Virus record (IMG/VR): IMGVR_UViG_3300029787_000063
Location: 1 to 54,208 of that record
Length of the DNA stretch: 54,208 nucleotides
Direction: 5' to 3' (one strand)
Source: a virus
Lineage: Duplodnaviria; Caudoviricetes
Shown: piece by piece, positions 25,347 to 35,700 of the stretch
How the letters are laid out: the number at the start of each line of letters is the position of its first letter
Numbering within the stretch: the first letter of the stretch is position 1
Made by a program: the position numbers and the translations under genes
Notes under the pieces: generated by a model
The model's input: only the letters and a program-made list of their open reading frames with translations
What the model was told of the DNA's origin: nothing
Databases searched by the model: none

Positions 25347-26720
25347 TTATTTTTTATTTACCATTAAATAATCAGGCACGCCATCATTATCTTGATCTGG
25401 TAAAATCTTTTTTATTGTTTCATCTCCTAAATTTAATCCATCTTGTAATGGATTTGATTCTTCAAACTTATCACCTATGTTTACAGGTATTTCAAGTAAT
25501 TGTCTTAAGTATTCTTTTGTGTATTGTTTTCCATCCTTTGGATTTACATATATATCATTTTCTTTGTGTTCAAACCTTACTAAGTTTTTTCCAGAACCGT
25601 ATGTTATAAGTTCGTTATTTTTTAATTTATTATAAGTTTCTTTAAGCTGCGTAAAAGTTCTATAACCGTAATTAGTGTTTATACCATCTTTTTTATTAAC
25701 ATCTATTTTTGGCTCAACGTATAATAAACCATCTTTACTAGCTTTATTTCTAGCATCAGCAGTTAAAAGATCAGCAATAATTTTTCTACTATTATCTAAA
25801 TTAAAAGCACCGTTTTCAGGATTAAGTATTGCTTCTTTTATCATTAAAGGTTTATCTTCATCATTTGCTTTACCATCATTGTTCATATCAACAAGCTCAA
25901 CATCTTCTAAAAATTGGTTTTCAAGTCCTGTTAATATATCACCACTAGCGTTAAGTATAACGTTTTCTATAGATTGTCCACCAATTGTAGTATCTTTCAT
26001 TTGGTTTGAAAATCCTCTTTCGTCTGTTGAAATACTATTTAACATCATATCATTAAAAGCTCGATCATTAAATGTTTTAGTATTTGTTTCGCTATTATAT
26101 TTAATATATGCAGGTAAATTATTTATTTGTTTAAAATTAACATCGGTAAGCGCTGGATTTTTTATATCTTTTTCAAACTTTTTTATATCTTCGTAAGTAT
26201 AATCCTCATTATCTATTTTATATATTTTTTTACCATCTTCATATCTTAAAACGTAATCGTTGTTTAAATAAGCTTCAAAAGTAGCTATATCTAAATTATC
26301 TGTTAATAAATTATCTTCTTTTAGCTTTGCAAGATTTTTTCTTAATTCTACTTCTTCGTTAGAACTATTAGATAATTTTTGTAAATTATTTAGTGCTTTT
26401 GTTTTTAATACATTACCATCAGAGTTATTCATAGCTACACCTCTCATGTATTCTTCTTTATATTGCTGTGCTTCTTTAGTTGCAAATGAAAAATGCTGAT
26501 CACTTAAAGTTCCACCATCAGCTAAAACTTGAGCAATAGTATTATCTATAGCGTCTTCAGCTTTTTGTCTTCTTTCGCCTTCTTGTTTTAATATACCTGT
26601 TCCTAACTCAGCTATTTTACCTAACGCTGTTTGATCAGCAGGTAATTTACTCAACCCTATAGCTGCAGCGCCTTCTATTAACGCTGTATTAGGACTATAA
26701 CTTAAACTTTTTTTTGCCAT
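25347..26720 (-). CDS. putative ejection/internal virion protein
   Basis: 457 aa, helical and charged; lies between the Q-rich ejection protein and the giant protein. Confidence 0.6.
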   Translation of the reverse strand: MAKKSLSYSPNTALIEGAAAIGLSKLPADQTALGKIAELGTGILKQEGERRQKAEDAIDNTIAQVLADGGTLSDQHFSFATKEAQQYKEEYMRGVAMNNSDGNVLKTKALNNLQKLSNSSNEEVELRKNLAKLKEDNLLTDNLDIATFEAYLNNDYVLRYEDGKKIYKIDNEDYTYEDIKKFEKDIKNPALTDVNFKQINNLPAYIKYNSETNTKTFNDRAFNDMMLNSISTDERGFSNQMKDTTIGGQSIENVILNASGDILTGLENQFLEDVELVDMNNDGKANDEDKPLMIKEAILNPENGAFNLDNSRKIIADLLTADARNKASKDGLLYVEPKIDVNKKDGINTNYGYRTFTQLKETYNKLKNNELITYGSGKNLVRFEHKENDIYVNPKDGKQYTKEYLRQLLEIPVNIGDKFEESNPLQDGLNLGDETIKKILPDQDNDGVPDYLMVNKK

Positions 26721-26731
26721 ATTTTTATTTT

Positions 26732-27559
26732 TTATTGTTCTTGTGGACCAAATAATGGATTTTTATCTACTACATCATCATGCCCATATGGTAATGGTGG
26801 TGGAGGCGTAGATGGTGGTGAGTCTAATTGTGGAGGCGTAGATGAGCTTTTAATCTTCATAGCTTCAACACCAACACCAGCTAAACTACCAAACGCTGCC
26901 ATTTGATTTTCACGCGCTTGTTGTCTAGCTAAATTAGCCGCTGCTAATCTTTGTTGTGACATACCTAGCATTGTACCTGTTTTTTGATAATCTAACGCTC
27001 TTGAAGCTTCTTCACCTTGTAGCCTCATTTGTTGAGCTTGAGCAGCGCCTGCCATTTGTGTTTGTAGCGCTTGCTGTTCCATAGCTCTAGTTTGTTGTGC
27101 GCCTTGAGCGGCTAATCTTTGATTTTGTGACTCTTGCATACCAATAGAAGCACTAGCTCTTTGCGCTTGTATTTGACCTTGATTAGCCATAGCTTGTGCT
27201 AAACCAGCAATACCACTACCACCTGCAGCACCTTGTAGGTTTTGCATTACATTAGCTTGTTGTTGTTGAGCCATTTGCTTTTCAAACTGCGCTTGTTGTT
27301 GATTAACAGTTAAATCTTCATAAACATTTTGAAACTCAGTTTCTATATTTTCGTATGGATTTCTAACATTAGCATATATATTACTAGTATCAAGATCTCT
27401 ATACTGATTCATCATTCTTCTATTTTCTGCTTCAGCTGCTTTTTGCTCTCTTATTCTATCGCCTCTACCCATAAAGCTTGATACAGTTTGACCTATAGCC
27501 CCAGCCGCACCTATAGCTAAGCCAACCGCTGGTAATATTTTAAATGGTGATTTACTCAT
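26732..27559 (-). CDS. putative ejection (pilot) protein, Gln/Ala/Gly-rich
   Basis: Hydrophobic G/A N-terminus (AVGLAIGAAGAIG) and Q/A-rich helices typical of podovirus core proteins. Confidence 0.7.
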   Translation of the reverse strand: MSKSPFKILPAVGLAIGAAGAIGQTVSSFMGRGDRIREQKAAEAENRRMMNQYRDLDTSNIYANVRNPYENIETEFQNVYEDLTVNQQQAQFEKQMAQQQQANVMQNLQGAAGGSGIAGLAQAMANQGQIQAQRASASIGMQESQNQRLAAQGAQQTRAMEQQALQTQMAGAAQAQQMRLQGEEASRALDYQKTGTMLGMSQQRLAAANLARQQARENQMAAFGSLAGVGVEAMKIKSSSTPPQLDSPPSTPPPPLPYGHDDVVDKNPLFGPQEQ

Positions 27560-27575
27560 ATTCTTTTATTTTATA

Positions 27576-27590
27576 TTTATAGTTACACTT
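27576..27590 (-). promoter_or_regulatory. candidate phage promoter motif GTRAYTATAAA (copy 2)
   Basis: Minus strand AAGTGTAACTATAAA upstream of the ejection gene block. Confidence 0.35.
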
Positions 27591-27598
27591 TTTACCAC

Positions 27599-28060
27599 TT
27601 ATTTACTACTTTCATGTACTTCGATGCCTGTAGCAAACAGTTCTGCTTTATCAGTTGAATTATTTCTATACTCTACAGAAGCATAGTAACCCAGCATATT
27701 AGCCATGTTTGCCTTGTTATCTTTGCTAAACATTATAAAACTATCAGTGTTTAGTTGCGCAAAATATTGATTAAATAAATTTTGCTCCATATTAACAAAT
27801 AATTGTGTCCAAACTCGCTGTTCTCCTGTTGGTACTCCACCTTGAATAACCTGTATAACATCAAAATCTATATCTACAATAGGGCCTATTAAAATTATAT
27901 CTTCTTGATCATTTGTTAAGTGAGGTGTTCTTGTGCCACCACCTTCGTCTGGCCAGTTTCTAGCTGCTCCAACAGATGTTGGATTAGAAAAATAAACTAA
28001 ATCCCCTAGTTGTACAGAAACGTTTAATAGTCTTTCAAATCTTAATCTTATTGTTACCAT
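27599..28060 (-). CDS. putative tail protein
   Basis: 153 aa in the tail block; LNVSVQLGDLVYF and FIMFSKDNKAN...LGYYASV. Confidence 0.6.
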   Translation of the reverse strand: MVTIRLRFERLLNVSVQLGDLVYFSNPTSVGAARNWPDEGGGTRTPHLTNDQEDIILIGPIVDIDFDVIQVIQGGVPTGEQRVWTQLFVNMEQNLFNQYFAQLNTDSFIMFSKDNKANMANMLGYYASVEYRNNSTDKAELFATGIEVHESSK

Positions 28061-28078
28061 ATTTATTATTTTATATTA

Positions 28079-29755
28079 TTATCCAAGACTTATTGTATCT
28101 AAAGTGCCAGAACTACCCTCTAAAACTTCTATTAAAACTGTTTTTTCATCACTAGTGTTTGTACCATCACTCATTGTAAACGTAAATGAATCACTACCAA
28201 CAAAATTATTATTAGGTGTATATAAAAAAGCGTCTTGACTAGTGCTATAAATTGACATTGCACCATGACTAGGTGGTCTAACAACAGTACCTGTTTTGCT
28301 AGTTCTGTTAGTATCAGTGTCAAACTTTATCATATCTATACGTATAGCTGTGTTTTTAGCAGTAACAACACTTTGATTATAAGCATTTGGTTTTACAGAA
28401 ATAATTTTACTCATGTCTAGGTTGTAAGTTGTACTATTTTTACTAAACTTTTTAACAGAAATAGTACATGTTAAGTCTACATCATTAGCATCGCCATTAC
28501 CTGTATTACCACTTCCAACTTGTGTTATAATACCTTTAACTATAGAAGCATCACTATCAAAAGTTACTTCTGTTTGTTCTGGTATATCAACAGCTGTATC
28601 AAAAACAACTGTAGTTTTACCAGGCTTATCTTTTTCAAAATCTGCTGTTGAAATTGAATTAACATTTTCCTGCGTAAAAGTTAAAACAGTATTTGGTTTT
28701 ATAATTATTTTATCTTCTAATATAACGTCTTGACCGCACTTACTAATTCTATTAACAAAAGTATTTACATTTTGACCAGTTACCTCCATACCAGACTTTA
28801 TATCGTTTGTGTTATTTAATCTAAACCTATTTGTAGATTTAAATTTGCACGCATCAAAATCAATAATATTTTTATCATCGTCTAAACTAAAAATTACAAA
28901 CTTATCATGCGTTATTGTCCAACTAGCCGTAGATCCTGGAACTATATTTGTTTTTATTAAAGTACCATCTTCAGCTGTTATTTCTGTTCTTGTACTACTT
29001 GTAACAAAATAATATTTACTAGCAACGCCTGTTTGTCCGTCTCTATAGTTTATAGCTTTTATAGTATTAGATTTTATAATATTATTATTATAATCAGTGT
29101 TTTTAACGTATATATTACCAGCAGAATAACTAGTGTATTTTACAGCTATAGATAAAGTTAAATCTGAATAATTTTGTAGTTTTGTTGTTTTGTAAAAAGC
29201 AGCATCTGTTTTGTTAACGTCTGTACTAGTAAACGTTAATGCAGAAACACTAGAGTCTGAAGTATCTTTTCCAAAAGTTAACGTAACATCTGCTTGTTGT
29301 ATTAAAGTAAAAACTAAAGGCACAACGCCATCATAATTAGAAATAAAAGTGTCAGCACTAGGATTTATAGTTACTGTATAAGTTTCGTTTGTTATTTTAC
29401 CAATAGATCCTTTAACAGACTTTATTGAAGGAAACTTTTGAACTAAAGTGTAAATACCACTATTACCTATAGTTGCATTTTTAATTTCTTTTCTTAGTAT
29501 ACTACAACCTGAACTATCAGTTATAGTTATAGAAAACATGGCGTTTGAACTACCAGATATTTTTATAGGTAAGTTTTGTCCACTAGCATTTATACCTTGG
29601 TAAAACCTAGCGTCAACATTATTTATAGAAACACCTCTAATAATTTTTTGGCTACTAGAATATGACGTATTAGCAACTAAACCTTTGTTAATAGCTCTTT
29701 GCCTAATGTTATCAGGACTTCTTGATATACGATCTTCAAAACTATATTCTGTCAT
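28079..29755 (-). CDS. tail-associated protein with C-terminal Ig/cadherin-like (Big_9-type) domain
   Basis: C-terminal PSHG...YTPNNNFVGSDSFTFTMSDG motif. Confidence 0.75.
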   Translation of the reverse strand: MTEYSFEDRISRSPDNIRQRAINKGLVANTSYSSSQKIIRGVSINNVDARFYQGINASGQNLPIKISGSSNAMFSITITDSSGCSILRKEIKNATIGNSGIYTLVQKFPSIKSVKGSIGKITNETYTVTINPSADTFISNYDGVVPLVFTLIQQADVTLTFGKDTSDSSVSALTFTSTDVNKTDAAFYKTTKLQNYSDLTLSIAVKYTSYSAGNIYVKNTDYNNNIIKSNTIKAINYRDGQTGVASKYYFVTSSTRTEITAEDGTLIKTNIVPGSTASWTITHDKFVIFSLDDDKNIIDFDACKFKSTNRFRLNNTNDIKSGMEVTGQNVNTFVNRISKCGQDVILEDKIIIKPNTVLTFTQENVNSISTADFEKDKPGKTTVVFDTAVDIPEQTEVTFDSDASIVKGIITQVGSGNTGNGDANDVDLTCTISVKKFSKNSTTYNLDMSKIISVKPNAYNQSVVTAKNTAIRIDMIKFDTDTNRTSKTGTVVRPPSHGAMSIYSTSQDAFLYTPNNNFVGSDSFTFTMSDGTNTSDEKTVLIEVLEGSSGTLDTISLG

Positions 29756-29765
29756 AATTTATTTT

Positions 29766-32700
29766 TTAAGCTAATATATGTGAACAACCAACTGATATTG
29801 GACCATAAGTATACTCACATTCATCAGGATATGTTGTTATTTTTACTTCGTAATAAGTTGGATTACCATGTCCAAAACCGTCTACAGGGTTACCATAATT
29901 ACCGTCTATACCAGCTGTTACGCCACCAGGTAAAGTTTGTTGATTCCAAGTAACACCACCAGGAATATTAAATGTTTGTCCATCGTTAGGAGTACTTAAT
30001 AAAATTTTTCCACTACTAATAAAAGGAGGTGTTATTTGATATATTTCAGCTGTAAAGCTAGTAGCACCAACAGATGAAGATATTACATTAAAATTAACAC
30101 TTCCATTACAACAATTGTTTCCAAGTGTTATATTACAAACAGAAGGTATTGTAGTAACACCGTTAGCGTTTGTACCTTGAGAATCAACTACTAAGTTTGA
30201 CGTATTACAAGGTCCTGGTGGTGGAGGTGGAGCGCCAACGCAAGGAATAGTTACAATTTCTGTTACACCACAACCATCTACAGGATTAGTCATTTCTATT
30301 TCATAATCACCAGCAACTAAATTAGGCGCAGCATAGTTAGTAGAACCGTTATGAGATGATGTTAGTATATTAATACCTGATTGTGTTAAGTTTAAAGGAG
30401 TAGGTGTTAATCTTTTAACTTTAAGTAAAATATCTGATGTTATGTTAGTCCAAAAAATTTGTATCATACCACCATCAAGCGGATTATTTACGCCACAATC
30501 TGGTTGTATAGCTGGAGTTATAACAATATTATGTGAAAATAAGTTTGCAGGATTACAAGGTATTTGTGTACAATCAGATTGGCAATGCGTAAGTGCATCG
30601 CTAAACCCAGCAGATATAGCAGAAGAATTAGTATATTGTCCTAAACCAGTACCAGGATCATAACAAGTATATGGAGGTATATTACCAACGCCTGGTATGT
30701 TTATTCCACTAGCACCTGAACAATCGTAAGTAATAGACGTAGGTGGAACATTATATTCACAACTACAATCAGGTGTATTAGCAGCTGGATAATAATTATT
30801 AGCAGGACCAATCCAAGTTGGAGGTCTAAGTTGTGTTATGTACGGATCTGTTGTATTACCATCATCCATACAACCTGGAATAACAGGTGTAGGTGATGTT
30901 AAGTTTTGACAACCGTAAAGATAAGCTTCACCTTCATCGCAGCATAAGCTAGTAATTACACATTCACAGTACGTTGAGAAGCTACCGCTACCATCACCTG
31001 GATCTAAGCATTGACCATTTATACACTCGTATGTTTCTTCGTTTAATCCGCAAACAGCTTCGCAAGCTGATAAAGTAGGAAACTCACCATCTTGATCTTG
31101 CCTTTCAACACATGAAAAACCAGCACTACTACAAGGAGTTCTATGCATGTGACCAATTGAGAGATAATTACCTAAACCTTCTTGAGTTCCTATAGTTGGC
31201 ATTTCGCCTATAGAATTTACTTCAGATTTAAAATTAGCCCAAGACATACCGTTGTAAAAATTACCATTATACGGTGCAGCACTATAGTGAGTTGAGAAAT
31301 AATCTATTGCTTCTTGTGCTGTTAAAAAATATGTAACATTTCCAGCTGTAAGTGTGCTAGGAGCAGGTGAATAAGGAGTGTGTTTAAGAGGGGCAGGCGT
31401 TGCGTACCAGCCACCTGTAAAATCAACTCCATTTATCTGATAAAAATGGTCTGAGATCGTATCGGTCAAAGATGTAAAACCTTGTATTGCAACACCTTGG
31501 ATTTCATGATAGTCATCCCAAAATTTTAACGTTGGGTTTTGCCAAAAATATTCCCAAATTTGATCTATTACATCATTAAGACCATCTCTGTTTCCAGTAG
31601 GACCTGGGCCTATTGTTCCAGTAAATACTTGTCCACTAGCCTGTTGATAATGTGTCGTTGGATTAGGAGGTGTACCTAAACCAAGACTACTATAAATTTC
31701 TCCCCAAAATATAGAATCATAACCTTGTTCTTTATTATTAAGATCTAATCCATAATAACCATTCCAACCAATGCACTCCGTGCAATCATAAGAAGTATAA
31801 CCACCACTAATTATAGTTACCGCTTCAGTTCTATCTATACCTTGGTATGAAAACTCTCTTGTATCTATATTACCAGCTTTACCATCATCTAACCACTCAG
31901 TAGTTACACCTTTTATTTGTGAAAACCATTTACCTTCTTTTTCTTTAAACTCTTGCATACCACCTTCTTGCAAGTTAGTTAACATATTACTTACGTACCA
32001 GCCAGCATGTAAATAGTTATCCCAATATTCACCAGAGTTTAGCGTGTCAGGTGTTACTCTTGATTGTGTACCTTCATAATTTAAAGTATTAAAACTTTTA
32101 ACTGACTCAGGCGCTTCGTTAAATAACACTTCAATACTAGAATCATACTGATCGCCGTAAAAATTATTTCTTGGTTGAGATTCTACGTGATGTTCGTGTA
32201 AATGTCCTTCTTTAAACGTGTAGTAAGTATTGTTTAAACTAACACCACTTTCTTGTGCCCACGATTTAAAACTTGTCCAACCTTTTGCTCTTTCAGAAAA
32301 GCTTACAGTTGTATCGTAGTTACCACTAATATTAGTGTATGTTGAAACAGGATCAGGTTGAGTACCAAGAGCAACATGAGTTTGCCAAGCGCTAGGACTA
32401 GGACCAAACAAAGATACTACGTCTGTAAAAGCAGGCTCTGGATTAACAGTTAGTATTAGCTGACTAAAGTTAACAGTAACGCTAGTTACTACTGTATTAG
32501 GTGCTAAACCAGGACCGTTTAAAACCATACCTGCAGTAATAGCTTGTTGAGAAGAAGTTATTATACGACCAGTTGGTATATCATAGTTTCCACCACAACC
32601 ACAATTTTGACCTTCTATTTCAACTATAAAGTTATCAATAATATGTACAGGTTGTGCTACAGGATATTCGTTGTAATCTAATGTTAAATTATATTCATCT

Positions 32701-35700
32701 TTCTTTTCATCAAAGCTACCAATTAATCTATTAGCTAGTTTTAAATTATCAGCAAAATAATCACCCATACCAAAGTCTGATATTGGTGTAATACCATCTT
32801 GTGATAATCTTAACACTTGACCTCTAACTTTGTCTGCAAAATAAGATCTATAAGATTCGTTAACAAAAGACTCTGGATTTTTAGATATACCAAAATCACC
32901 AGCATAAGGTATTGTTTGGCCTAATACTCTGTCAGTAGCTGTAACATTAGTATTACCATCAGCATTAAATAAAGCGTCTTTATTAGCTAATATTTTAAAT
33001 ACTTTGTCTTCACAAAGCGTAACTAAATTTGTATTTCTAGCGTATAACTTTTGTATTGTACCATAAGAAGGATTTAAATCTTTTGTAATTTTTTCTGCTT
33101 GTATAAACTGGTTTAAATTATTTATACCAGACATTGAATTATATATACCTGAGTAAATTAAACCACTACCTCTTCTTTCTTCTTCATATGGTTCTTCTAA
33201 TGTGGTAGATGCTTTTGGTCCGTTATCTATAGTAACTTGATTAAAGTCATCACGCACTCTATCAGACTCAACTCCATTACCAAACGAGTAACAGTTATGC
33301 CAAGGTAGTGTAACTTTGTAATTATGTAAATTTCTATCTAACTCTATTTCACCAGTAAAAGCATTTACGTTTAATACGCTAGTTTCTGTTTTACCACCAT
33401 CAGCTCTTACAAAAGTTAGTATATCACCAATTAAAGGTAATAAAGCATTTGGATTATTACCTATGCTTAAAGGTTCGCCGTCAATATTGCACAATGTTAA
33501 TACGTTGTCTACTATACTTTGAACTCTAATATCTATAACAGGTCCTCCAGTAACACTAGCGTCTGTAGATAAAACTCTTAAAGCTCCACTAGGATTAGTA
33601 TTTGGATTAGGGTCATAACAATTAACTTTACTATTATAACGAGCTAAATCAAAAGATCTATGTACAGGCCCTACAAACTGCTCACCTGTTTTTTCGTTTA
33701 ATTCTATTGGATATATTTGTCCAACTTCATAATATATGTTTAAATCTACGTTTTCTTTTGGTTCAGTTTCAAATATAGCTGGATTTGTACTAGAATACTT
33801 TTCAGTATCATCAGTAACATAAGGAGATACAATTTGCCAAGTACAACTACCTGGAAATTTAGCCGCACCAGAAGTACCTTCTTTAGTTGGACCAGCAGGA
33901 ACAACTACACCACCTATAGAATATCCAGAATAAACACCATCAGAACGTATACCAGGAGCAGGTGTTGGTGGTAAGGCTGTGCCAGTTTTTAATACACTAC
34001 TACTATCAAAATGTGGTGTTAAATGCGGATTGTTAGTAGGTAAATACATAGATCCTTTTTCGCCTAAGCCTGACCCATCTTCATAAGCCTCGGCAACAAT
34101 CATGTATCTTCTTCTTCTGTTTATACCTTTCCACCAGTCTTTTACATACATTGGCCAAAAACCATGAGCTCGATTAGTGTCAGTTGGTCGTGTAATAGTG
34201 CTAGGCGCTTGTTCCCAACCACCACAACTATTAGCTTGATTGTTTATCGGATTCATTATTCTTGTAACCCAAGATCCAATAGCACTATTATTTGTTCTAA
34301 AAGACATACCAACATTTGTTATGCTTTTACCTATTTCTTGACTGTATCTCCAGTTTACTTGATCTTGACCTGTACCAGTTGCGTCTGAATAAAAATTATA
34401 TTCTGTAAAATAAACAGGAGCTGTAGAAGCACTATGACTTTTAATACCACCTGAAACCCACCAACCCGTGTCTACGATATTACTAGAAGTAGAATCAAAG
34501 AACAAATAAAGATCATCACACCAATCACCAAGTCTACAATAATTATAAAGACCAATACCTGGTTTAGAATCAATTGTATCAATAGTTCTAAAATTAATAT
34601 CTATTTCTCTTTGTGTTATACCCCAAGCCGTTAAATTTGCAGGATCAGGTGTTATTGTTTTATATAATCTTTGATCAGGATCTTCTGACCATCTCCAAAC
34701 AGTATTAGGCGTAGTTAAAAGATTTATAAATACAATGTCTTCAACGTGTTTAGCTAAAGTAGGATCTACATAATCAAAATGTAAAACTAAATCAGCCATA
34801 GTATCACCTTCGCCTGGCGCATCTTTTCCATTTACATCTGTACCATCAAGATCTTCACCAACTCCAGAATGAGATATTGTTATTATACCAGTGCCTTGAT
34901 AACTATTAACACCACCAACTAAACCACTATGATCTGGATTTACTCCACCAGCATTAGCATGGCCATCAATACCTAAAGACTGTATTATCTCACCACCATT
35001 ACTAGCTAAATTACCAAAATTAGCTTGGTCTTGTAAATAACCATTTAAACCTGTTCTAAGAACCGTTTGGTTTATATAATCTGCAGCTCCATTTATATTA
35101 TTAGCTGCTGCAAAAGCATTAAAATCATCACGATTAGGCGTATCTCTTACGCCAGTTGGAGATATTAAATAGTCTGGCTCTCCATTAGGACCTGTACCTT
35201 TATAAGAAGGGCCATTTATACCCCCAGCGTTTCCTCCTGTATACAAGTAATTACGAGTGTGAGATGTTTGTGAAGTAGCGGTACCCATAACCACAGGCAT
35301 ATCGTATCTGTTCATAGCATTAGTTTGCCCGTTTTGACTAGAAAACCAATTGTGTTTTGGAAACCATCTTAAACTTGCTGATTGATGAAAATGATCATCG
35401 AGTGTACTATTAGCAAAATCTCTTGTTACCCAAGGATCTTGATTTCTTAATTTAAAATAATGCTCTGTAGTTTTAAACCTTCTAAATCCTTCAACTCTAT
35501 CAATAAACCAACCTGAAGAATTAGCATCTCCATCGGCTAAATTATGACTAGCTTTACTCCAAAACTCTTGTCCATTTTCTCTACGCATATCAGCGTCATA
35601 ATTAGATTCACCTTGATTTTCAGAAATACTAATACCTCTTCTGTCTTGACCAAAAAAATGAGCTTCACTACCTTTTGAAAAATTAGAATCAGGATTTATA

